Assembly: GCA_950097015.1 (NCBI GenBank)
Contig: CATNEN010000007.1
Coordinates: 4,836,001-4,900,000, forward strand
Reading direction: 5' to 3'
Source of the DNA: Macrostomum hystrix
Lineage: Eukaryota > Animalia > Platyhelminthes
DNA: 64,000 bases
Below the pieces are notes generated by a model, which was given only the letters and a program-made list of their open reading frames with translations, was not told the origin of the DNA and did not search any database. Of this stretch, positions 37,901 through 49,900 are shown in pieces (positions within the stretch are counted from its first letter, which is position 1; each line of letters starts with the position of its first letter). The translations under genes and the position numbers were made by a program.

Positions 37901-40900
37901 AGACACCTAGCTGTTATATGAGACACCTAGCTGTTATATGAGACACCTAGCTGTTTATATGAGACACCTAGCTGCTATATGAGACACCTAGCTGTTATAT
38001 GAGACACCTAGCTGTTATATGAGACACCTAGCTGTTTATATGAGACACCTAGCTGTTTATATGAGACACCTAGCTGTTATATCAGACACCTAGCTGTTAT
38101 ATGAGACACCTAGCTGTTATATGAGACACCTAGCTGTTATATGAGACACCTAGCTGTTATATGAGACACCTAGCTGTTATATGAGACACCTAGCTGTTTA
38201 TATGAGACACCTAGCTGTTATATGAGACACCTAGCTGTTATATGAGACACCTAGCTGTTATATGAGACACCTAGCTGTTAAACAGGACACAAATTTTTAT
38301 ACATTAAATGAAACCACGTTACAGTTAAAATCTGCACAATTTTTGTATATAATTTTCGTGTGCAAAAAACTATTTCAAAGTGGTTCAAGCGTTTCCGACA
38401 CTCACTGCAATTCTTCTCATCGTCACCGTAGAGGCAGTCCGCTGTGCCGTCGCAGAACTGGCTGTAGCTGACACACATGCCGGTGCCATTGCAGGCGTAC
38501 TGGTTCTCTGTGCAGGTGGGCCTGGTGGGGCGGCAGACGGAGCTGTCGCTTGTGCAGTTCATCACTCCGCCCTTGTTGCAGCTGCAGGTTGAGCAGCTTG
38601 TCGTGTTGTGAATGACGGAGCCCTTGGGGTACTGCTTGCCCTGGTAAAAGCAGGGGCAGTTGTCGCTGGGAATGCACTCGTTGTCATGCTCAACATAGCC
38701 ATTGGGACAGGCGCAGCCTTCAATGCACTGGCTATTGACGCAGTGCGGCTCCGGCTCCAGGCCGACATTGTGGCAGGTCTTGGCGCAGGGCGGCATGCAC
38801 GGCTGATAAACTCGGCCTCCCGTGCACATGATGGCTGGCGTAATGCAGTAATGGAATTACTATTAGTATTTTTTTGCCGTAGAAGTATAGCAGTATTAGT
38901 ATAGCAGTATTAGTATAGTAGTAGTATAGCAGTAGTAGTATAGCAGATGTATGAAAACGGGTGAGTGCCAGCTCTCGCACCAAGGTCCTCGAGCCTGAAT
39001 CCTCGGTGGAGGCCACATTTAATTGGAGTGAATCTGTGTTGAGAAAGCTTATGCCGAGTTATGTCGCTCCTAAGGGCTAACCCCAATGGTACGGTGAGAG
39101 TGACACTGCCTGTGTGCATATATGCGTGTTCATTCTCAGGGTTAGTAGCGGCCTCCCCAGTCCACAGACTTGGCAGCTGTACACAGCCGTTAGAAGCACC
39201 GCGCCACACTGCCGGTTGTGCCACTGGCTTTACATGTGGCTGTACGGGACAGCACGGGGGCAACTCATTGCAGCCACTCGGGGCCGCGCACTCACGGCAC
39301 TGGTCCTGGAAGCGCCACTGCACGGAGACGCCGCTCTCGGCGCAGGTGGTGGCGAAGGCGGCCAGCACGGTGCAGACGCACTCGCAGTCGCCGCCGGTAT
39401 CGCAGCCGCATGCGTCGTACATGCAGTTCTCGTAGAAGTTCTCGATGACATCCTGCTCCAGCACCTGCTGGCAGGCGCTGAAGACGCTGGTCTTGCTCTT
39501 GATGGCGCCGCAGACTGACTCAGCGTAGTCGCGCCTGCGGCTGTTGGCGGTGCACATCTCGATCCAGCTCTGCGGCGTCTTGGCTGCCGCGGTCTCCTCC
39601 GAAGCGCAGGAGTCCCCGCCGGTGCGGAAGTTGGACGCAAACTCGATGGGGTTGTTGATGGGCAGGTTCTGGATGGTGAAGTCGTTGTCGGCATTTCCGT
39701 CATAGTTGCCGCAGAGGCCGCTGACTTTGCCGTTGAAGTGCGGCTTGACGAATACGTAGACCCTGGTGGAGCGGTCCCACAGGATGCGCAGACCGATTTG
39801 GTCCGACACGAGCTGCGTGAACAGCGTGAACTTCTCCCTGCGGGCGGGGGTCATACAAGGTCACAACCTCTTAGATACTGGGTCGCAACCTGTTACATAC
39901 TGGGTCGCAATCTGTTAGATACAGGTTCTAACCTGTTAATAATAATAATAATAATTGCAGGAGGGCTGCGGGCAATTGCACATCATTTAGTGACGCTAGA
40001 CCCGCAGCCAGTGAGGAGGCAATTTTGCCCGTTTCGCTGACTCCTGAGCACACACGCACACAGATACTGTACCCAGGCACACGCTCACACAAGTGTGTAC
40101 ATCTGTCCTGACTTTCTCATCGTCAGGCAGTGTACATTGTCACAGTGCCTTGGAGGTTGGCCCTCAAGGGCGTAAATTTCATGACAAGCCCCCAAGCCTT
40201 CTCTCTGCGGCTGCGCCCCAAATGAATATGGCCTCGCCGTGGAATCGAACTTAGGGACCTTGGTGCGAGAGGCAAACACGTTAACCGCTCTGCCACAGAT
40301 CCCCGTCGCAACTTGTTAGATAGAGGGTCGCAACCTGTTAGATACAGGGTCGCAACCTGTTAGATGAGGGTCGCAACCTGTTAGATAGAGGGTCACAACC
40401 TGTTAGATGAGGGTCGCAACCTGTTAGACAGAGGGTCGCCTGTTAGACTCAGGACGGGTCTCACCTTTTCATGCCGTAGTTCATAGCCAGCGGCATCTGG
40501 TCGGGCTCTCGACCCCTGACCAGCACATAGACATCGGAGCCAACCTTGACCCGGACAAACTTGGTGCACGTGACCTGCTGGGAGCCGCAGGGAATGTTCT
40601 GAGCCGAAATCTCCACAGCCGGAAGGCCGAGGGCGGCGTTGGCGTCCGACTTCATGAGGATGTACTGGCAGCTGCCCTGGAAGGAGTAGGCTTTCCTGTC
40701 GAAGGTGCTGTAGTGAGGATCGCCGTAGGCCACGCAGACGGCTGCAAGTGATACAAAAATTGTGCGCAAATTGGAAAATAGGCAAATTTTCCGTACAATG
40801 GCCCTCAATATGAATTTTGTTAATTTGCGATTCAATACGGCACAAAATTTTTGCATCACCCACCCTCGCACTTGGTGACGTCCTCGGCTATTTTTGTCCA

Positions 40901-43900
40901 AGTGCGCGACACGCACTTGTAGGTCTTGCAGCCAATCTTCAGAATGTGACCGGGCAGGTACTCGGTGCCCAGGTAGGTGCACGGACAGTGTGGCTTCTCA
41001 ACGCATGAGCCCTGAAATATTTGATTAGTGCGAGAACAGATTGGTGAGACTGGTTCCGCTTACACCTGTTAGACTAGTTCAGCCTAACACCTGTTAGACT
41101 AGTTCAGCCTTACACCTGTTAGACTGGTTCAGCCTTACACCTGTTAGACTAGTTCAGCCTAACACCTGTTAGACTGGTTCAGCCTTACACCTGTTAGACT
41201 GGTTCAGACTAACACCTGTTAGACTGGTTCAGCCTAACACCTGTTAGACTGGTTCAGCCTTACACCTGTTAGACTGGTTCAGCCTTACACCTGTTAGACT
41301 GGTTCAGCCTTACACCTGTTAGACTGGTTCAGCCTAACACCTGTTAGACTAGTTCAGCCTTACACCTGTTAGACTGGTTCAGCCTTACACCTGTTAGACT
41401 AGTTCAGCCTACGCCTGTTCAATCAGCACAGCAAAGGAGTTCTCACGTCAGACTTCTTGACAAGGTCTCCGGGACAGCCACATCTTCCAGCTTCCGTGAG
41501 GTTGCTGCTGCACTTGTCATAATTGATGCACTTCTGACAGGCTGGCAGGGTTTCCAGGTACACCTGGTCCTTAGGGCAGACAACCTTGTCGGCGCAGGAG
41601 CTGTTGTCGCAGGCGAAGTCGCCATTGGCGCAGGTGCAGTTGGTGCACTGCCGGGTGATGACTGCGCCAGCGCGGTAGACCTTTCCGTCTCGGTTGTACC
41701 TGTCCTGGCAGGTGCACTCTGATTGGCGCACACAGGTGCCGTAGGCGTCGCGGTATTGGTTGTCGTACTGGCAGTCGCAGCCGGGGAAGCAGCCGAGCTC
41801 GCAGATGCTGGTGCTGCCCAGGTCGCTGCACGACGAGCGGCAGGTGCGGGCGCAAATAGTAAACGACCCGCCGCCGCTCATGCAGGACGGAGCTGAAGAG
41901 AAAACGAAACGATTTTGCACCTCCTGGACGTTTGTGGGTCATGAAACACTCACTGTTCCTGGGTCATGAAACACCCCTGTTCCTGGGTCATGAAACACCC
42001 CTGTTCCTGGGTCATGAGACACTCACTGTTCCTGGGTCATGAAATACCCCTGTTCCTGGATCATGAAACACTCACTGTCCCTGGGTCATGAAACACCCAC
42101 TGTTCCTGGGTCATGAAACACCCCTGTTCCTGGGTCATGAGACACTCACTGTTCCTGGGTCATGAAATACCCCTGTTCCTGGATCATGAAACACTCACTG
42201 TTCCTGGGTCTTGAAACACCCCTGTTCCTGGGTCATGTAACACTCACTGTTCCTGGGTCATGAGACACTCACTGTTCCTGGGTCATGAGACACTCACTGT
42301 TCCTGGGTCATGAGACACTCACTGTTCCTGGGTCATGACACACTCACTGTTCCTGGGTCATGAGACACTCACTGTTCCTGGGTCATAAAACACTCACTGT
42401 TCCTGGGTCATGACACACTCACTGTTCCTGGGTCATAAAACACTCACTGTTCCTGGGTCATGACACACTCACTGTTCCTGGGTCATGAAACACTCACTGT
42501 TCCTGGGTCATGAAACACTCACTGTTCCTGGGTCATGACACACTCACTGTTCCTGGGTCATGAGACACTCACTGTTCCTGGGTCATGAGACACTCACTGT
42601 TCCTGGGTCATGAGACACTCACTGTTCCTGGGTCATGAGACACTCACTGTTCCTGGGTCATGAGACACTCACTGTTCCTGTGTCATGAGACACTCACTGT
42701 TCCTGGGTCATGAGACACTCACTGTTCCTGGGTCATGAGACACTCACTGTTCCTGGGTCATGAGACACTCACTGTTCCTGGGTCATGAGACACTCACTGT
42801 TCCTGGGTCATGAGACACTCACTGTTCCTGGGTCATGAGACACTCACTGTTCCTGGGTCATGAGACACTCACTGTTCCTGGGTCATGAAACACTCACTGT
42901 CCCTGGGTCATGAAACACCCACTGTTCCTGGGTCATGAAACACCCCTGTTCCTGGGTCATGAGACACTCACTGTTCCTGGGTCATGAAATACCCCTGTTC
43001 CTGGATCATGAAACACTCACTGTTCCTGGGTCTTGAAACACCCCTGTTCCTGGGTCATGTAACACTCACTGTTCCTGGGTCATGAGACACTCACTGTTCC
43101 TGGGTCATGAGACACTCACTGTTCCTGGGTCATGAGACACTCACTGTTCCTGGGTCATGACACACTCACTGTTCCTGGGTCATGAGACACTCACTGTTCC
43201 TGGGTCATAAAACACTCACTGTTCCTGGGTCATGACACACTCACTGTTCCTGGGTCATAAAACACTCACTGTTCCTGGGTCATGACACACTCACTGTTCC
43301 TGGGTCATGAAACACTCACTGTTCCTGGGTCATGAAACACTCACTGTTCCTGGGTCATGACACACTCACTGTTCCTGGGTCATGAGACACTCACTGTTCC
43401 TGGGTCATGAGACACTCACTGTTCCTGGGTCATGAGACACTCACTGTTCCTGGGTCATGAGACACTCACTGTTCCTGTGTCATGAGACACTCACTGTTCC
43501 TGTGTCATGAGACACTCACTGTTCCTGGGTCATGAGACACTCACTGTTCCTGGGTCATGAGACACTCACTGTTCCTGGGTCATGAAACACCCACTGTTCC
43601 TGGGTCATGAGACACTCACTGTTCCTGGGTCATGAAACACCCACTGTTCCTGGGTCATGAAACACCCCTGTTCCTGGGTCATGAGACACTCACTGTTCCT
43701 GGGTCATGAAATACCCCTGTTCCTGGATCATGAAACACTCACTGTTCCTGGGTCATGAGACACTCACTGTTCCTGGGTCATGAAACACTCACTGTTCCTG
43801 GGTCATGAGACACTCACTGTTCCTGGGTCATGACACACTCACTATTTCTGGGTCATGAAACACTCACTGTTCCTGGGTCATGAAACACTCACTGTTCCTG

Positions 43901-46900
43901 GGTCATGAGACACTCACTGTTCCTGGGTCATGACACACTCACTATTTCTGGGTCATGAAACACTCACTGTTCCTGGGTCATGAAACACTCACTGTTCCTG
44001 GGTCATGAGACACTCACTGTTCCTGGGTCATGAAACACTCACTGTTCCTGGGTCATGAAACACTCACTGTTCCTGGGTCATGAAACACCCACTGTTCCTG
44101 GGTCATGAAACACCCCTGTTCCTGGGTCATGAGACACTCACTGTTCCTGGGTCATGAAACACTCACTGTCCCTGGGTCATGAAACACCCACTGTTCCTGG
44201 GTCATGAAACACCCCTGTTCCTGGGTCATGAGACACTCACTGTTCCTGGGTCATGAAACACTCACTGTTCCTGGGTCATGAAACACTCACTGTTCCTGGG
44301 TCATGAAACACTCACTGTTCCTGGGTCATGAGACACTCACTGTTCCTGGGTCATGAAACACTCACTGTTCCTGGGTCATGAAACACTCACTGTTCCTGGG
44401 TCATGAAACACTCACTGTCCCTGGGTCATGAAATACCCCTGTTCCTGGGTCATGAAACACTCACTGTTCCTGGGTCATGAAACACTCACTGTTCCTGGGT
44501 CATGAAACACTCACTGTTCCTGGGTCATGAAACACTCACTGTTCCTGGGTCATGAAACACTCACTGTCCCTGGGTCATGAAATACCCCTGTTCCTGGGTC
44601 ATGAAACACTCACTGTTCCTGGGTCATGAAACACTCACTGTTCCTGGGTCATGAAACACTCACTGTTCCTGGGTCATGAAACACTCACTGTTCCTGGGTC
44701 ATGAAACACTCACTGTTCCTGGGTCATGAAACACTCACTGTTCCTGGGTCATGACACACTCACTGTTCCTGGGTCATGAAACACTCACTGTTCCTGGGTC
44801 ATGAAACACTCACTGTTCCTGGGTCATGACACACTCACTGTTCCTGGGTCATGAGACACTCACTGTTCCTGGGTCATGAGACACTCACTGTTTCTGGGTC
44901 ATGACACACTCACTGTTCCTGGGTCATGAAACACTCACTGTTCCTGGGTCATGAAACACTCACTGTTCCTGGGTCATGAGACACTCACTGTTCCTGGGTC
45001 ATGAGACACTCACTGTTCCTGGGTCATGAGACACTCACTGTTCCTGGGTCATGAAACACTCACTGTTCCTGGGTCATGAAACACTCACTGTTCCTGGGTC
45101 ATGAAACACTCACTGTTCCTGGGTCATGAAACACTCACTGTTCCTGGGTCATGTAAGACCAGGGTGTTAAGACCTGAGCACTCACCGCACTTGGACAGTT
45201 TGCTGTCGGTGGAAAAGTCGATCTGGAAGCCGGCGGTCTTGCAGGCCCTGGCGGCGCTCATGGCAGCCGTGCAGTACAGCTCGCCGATGTTGGGAATGCC
45301 GCCGCTTGCTTTCTCCTTCTGGCAGAATCGGTAATAATAGCCCAGGATGTCGACCTTCTTGGAGTCGCGACAGGCCTTGAACGAGTCGCTGTTGAGCAGC
45401 ACCTGAGTACAATCGTCCACTCCGCTGAGCTGCAATAGGAAATAGGTGACGCCAGGGTTTGATTGCTGATTTCTGGGATTTTCTCAGCGAGTTGGGCCGC
45501 ATAAATGTGTGGCAAAGTGTGTGCTCGGGTGTCGCTCTATCCATCATCGATTTGTTTAACAGCAGAAACAAACACCCACTGCCTTCACGATAGCTCCCAA
45601 ACCAAATGACCGATTCTCGTGAAAGTCCACCATACAGATGACAATTTTCCGCCCTTTGCGATGAACCAACTTTCAAATCCGTCCCGGGCCAGCATCGTCG
45701 AGATAATCAGCGATTCTTGTCGAAGACTCCGATGACAAGGACAAGCAAAAATGTTGCTCCTATTGGTGGTTTTTGCCACCAGACACCCGACGTGAATCGT
45801 TGAATATCTCGACGATGCCGATGTTTTGTGATTCTGGACGTTGTTTCAGGTGGTGCTGTGTCAACATTGCCAGTCTGCGCTTTGGTGCTCAAATTGAATT
45901 TACCGGCGATTGTGACACACTTGACTCAATTAACTAGCGATCAACTCAAATGGCTGACTCAACATTTCTTGGAGAACAGTCTTGATGAGTCAGTTTCTAA
46001 ACAAACATGCGATGTCAGAAACAGAACAGAACTACACGTGACTGCTAAGCTAAAAGTGCATTTCGGTGCTTTAAGAAACTCTAAGTGTTTGCGTGCAAAT
46101 CGGAGAGTTTGAGTACGTGCTCATTGTTACGGGTACTGGATTTGAGCAGATCCCTAAAACAATTCTCCCAAAAGTCTAGCACGATTTACAATGATCGGAT
46201 TCTGCGTTGAATGGCGGAGGCGGAGGGATGGGGGGTGTCGGTGACTTTTTTGCACTTTATTTTAGTCGGCAACATTGGCAATCAAGCTCTCTAATAAATA
46301 AAAAAGCACCATTGATTAGAGCATTGGATAAAGCTTTGACTGTCGATGCGTGAATGAGTTGCCCGGAAGCTCACCTGAGACTGCAAGGCAAAGCAGAAAG
46401 ACGGCACAGTTCGCGTTAGCATAGTCTATTTCAGTACAGGAAATTCAGTGCGATTGAACCTTGGCTCCAATTGGGATTGGAACTGGGATTGGAACTGGGA
46501 TTGGAACTGGGATTGGAACTGGGATTGGAACTGGGATTGGAACTGGGATTGGAACTGGGATTGGAACTGGGATTGGAACTGGGATTTAACGAGGATTGGA
46601 ACTGGGACTTAACAAGGATTTAATTGATATGAAAAATGTATTCTAAACTCGGTTTTAACTGCGATGATAGAATCTGATTCTAACTGGGATTTTAGGTGGG
46701 ATTCTTATTGGGGATTTTAGGATTGAAATGGTATCTGGATTGAGTAAAAACACATTCTATTGTACTAATTTATAAAAGCAGAGAAACTTCAGAATTTCAG
46801 CCTCAGAGAAAAACTGAAAATCTCGACTTCAGAATTCCAAAAGCGCTTTCCCGAACCCTCAGACCGCAACTCACCGACTCGGTGGACGATCCCGGACTTG

Positions 46901-49900
46901 GCAGCTCGGCCGCAGTCTTGCTGCAGGAACCCGAGACAAAGGACTGCGCCACCTGCACGGGCGGGGCGATCATGTCCGAGCCCTTTGTGTGCAAGTCGTT
47001 CTCCGTTTTGCCGTCGAAGTTGCCGCACAGGCCTTGGATCTGCGGTCAGTGGGTGGGCGGGTCTTTTCACTCTTTCGATTCCGCTGTCTCCTCAGCCACC
47101 CCAGGTAATCCTTCAGTAGGCTACCGCTGTCTCCTCAGCCTCCCCTGATCCTTCAGTAGGCTACCGCTGTCTCCTCAGCCTCCCCTGATCCTTCAGTAGG
47201 CTTCCGCTGTCTCCTCAGCCTCCCCTGATCCTTCAGTAGGCTTCCGCTGTCTCCTCAGCCTCCCCTGATCCTTCAGTAGGCTTCCGCTGTCTCCTCAGCC
47301 TCCCCTGATCCTTCAGTAGGCTTCCGCTGTCTCCTCAGCCTCCCCTGATCCTTCAGGTCACTTTCGCTGTGTTTTCAGCCTCGCCAGCTAATCCTTCAGG
47401 TGGCTGGCCTTACCTGCTGGCTGAGCAGCTTGGAGCCCTTCAGCTCTACCGTCCGGAAGCCGTCGAAGTACACGGTGAGGTGGTTGCCGATCTGCACCAT
47501 GGCATAGAATGACGTCAGCTGTCGCACCAGAATCTGGTTGCGCACGTTCTCATAGGGCAGCGAGTTTGTGACGTCGATCCCGTCGACAATCACCGACGGT
47601 CGGGTGCCGGCCGCCAGTGTCACCGATTTCAGCTGGACTGTGACGCCGCGGTACTTGACAGTGATCATCTTCGGCAGGTTGACGAACTGCGCATTGGCTG
47701 TGACGGCCAGGAGGTACTCCGGACTGGGCTCCATGGTTACCTGAGAGAGAGTGGAAGGTGAGGCGTCTGGCTTGCCTGATTCCCCTGTTTGTCTCCGGAA
47801 TTGGATTCGAAAAAGGATTTGGGATGTGATTCGGAATGGGATTTGGAATGTGATTCGGAATGTGATTCGGAATAGAATTCTGAATGTGATTCGGAATGTG
47901 ATTCGGAATTTGATTCTAAATGTGATTCGAAATGGGATTCGGAATGTGATTCGGGATGTGATTCTGAATGTGATTCGGAATGGGATTCGGAATGGGATTC
48001 GGAATGTGATTCTGAATGTGATTCGGAATGGGATTCAGAATGTGATTCGGGATGCGATTCGGAATGGGATTTGGAATGTGATTCGGAATGTGATTCGGAA
48101 TGTGATTCGGAATAGGATTCGGGATGTGATTCGGAATAGGATTCAGAATGGGATTCAGAATGGGATTCGGAATGGGATTCGGAATGTGATTCGGAATGGG
48201 ATTCGGAATTCGAAATGAGAATTCGGACCAGGATTCTTGGAATCTGCGGAACTAACTTGAACTTGCAGGCGTGAGTCGTTGGCGGAAGCCACGGGCTGCA
48301 GCAGGGTGTAAGCGCAGCCCATCGGGTTGAAGTCCATGCGAGCTCCGTCGAAGGTGGCGATGTGGCTGCCGGTGATGGAGCACATCTTGGGGCAGTTGGG
48401 GTTGTAGGTGCACTGCCAGCGGCCGTTGGCGCAGTTGCTGCGGGGCGGCAACGAGGAGGGCTTCGGTGAGCGGCCAAAACTAACTCGAACCTCATCTAAA
48501 CAAAATCACAAAAGTTACCAGGTGCTGCAGTCCACCACCAGGTTACTGCCGGGCATGTACTCCACCGAGTTGTAGGTGCACGGGCACTCGTTAGGCCGGA
48601 TGCAGGTGGTCTTGTAGTGCACGTAGCCTGAGCCGCACTTGCACCTGGGGACCATGCTGCTCTCGCAGGAGGCCGACTTCAACTGGTCGTAGTTGGCGCA
48701 GGTTGTGGGACAGGCGCTGGCGCACTCGCTCCAGGTCATCAGTGCCGGGCAGCTCTGGGCTGCACGAGATTTGGAAGGCTTCGCATTGAATAACTTCATT
48801 GCTTCATTGAAGCAATTGAAGCATTGGAGGGATATTCATAACTTCATTGCACCTATGAGCTAGTTCATTAATACCAGTGAGCTTGGTCATGAACACAAAT
48901 AAGCTTGGTTATGAGCTATGAGCCTGGTCATGAACAACCATGATACTGGTCATGAGAAACTATGAGACTGGTTATGAGAAACTATGAGACTGGTTATGAG
49001 AAACTATGAGACTGGTTATGAGAAACTATGAGACTGGTCATGAGAAACTATGAGACTGGTCATGAGAAACTATGAGACTGGTCATGAGAAACTATGAGAC
49101 TGGTCATGAGCAGTTTTTGTCAGGAAGCCGAATCAATGAGCCAATTCCTCTAATTTTCCCACGATGCCCAAACCCTTATGAGCATTGTCATGAATTTCAT
49201 GAGCCAGGTCACTCACGGCACAAGGCGGTGCCGCGCCAGTCAATGCAGATGCCCTCCAGCGAGCACTGGTATGAGTAGGCGCTCAAGTGTGAGCACAGCA
49301 CCGAGGACTTGGCAGCTTCGCTACTCTCTCCTTTCTTGCGCAGGATGCACATGTCCTGGACGCAGCGCTTCACCACCTCGGTGGGGCTGAGCTTGCTGTG
49401 GCACTGGAAGAACACGTTGTTGATCGGGCGGCAGTCGCTCTCGGCGGCCGCCTGGTCGTCAGGGGTCTCGCAGTGGATGGGCACGTTGGCGATGTCTTGG
49501 CACTGCAATCGGGAGGGGTGGAATGTGAAGAGCTGAGCAATCTGTCACGCGGGCTTGGAAACCAAAGAGCAGGTTGAAGGACCTACCGAATCTGATTTCC
49601 ACTGGTTGCCAAACGCCGCAGGATTTGGCGCGGTGCCGAAATCGTTGCTTGAATCGCCGTCATAGTCGCCGCATAGGCCCTTGAGGCCCTGGTTCTTGTG
49701 CTGCGACCGGTCCACCGTCACGAACACGGAGTTGTCGTTGTCCCACTTCAGCCTGACGCCAATGCTGCGCACGGACAGGTAGACATTAACGCCCTTGCGC
49801 TCGACCTTGACGCCGTTCCATTCGTTGGGTTCCGTGTTCTCCTCCAAGGTCACGTTATAGGCCAGGGTGGTTGCGCCGGTGGTGCCAGACAGCCTCAGCA

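Larger units (their letters stand above)
34227..38834 (-). other. LDL-receptor class A repeat cluster (6) plus first PTS tract and module A (35025-34537)
   Basis: C.....C.....C......CDG..DC....DE..C motifs: [74 protein letters not shown]|DGTDEQSC and [17 protein letters not shown]. Confidence 0.85.

Noticed and set aside
47737-48495. (SESH)n and (VIRN)n ORFs
   Set aside because: A 12-bp intronic repeat between a clear donor (48257) and acceptor (47740). The VWD2 sequence is continuous without it.
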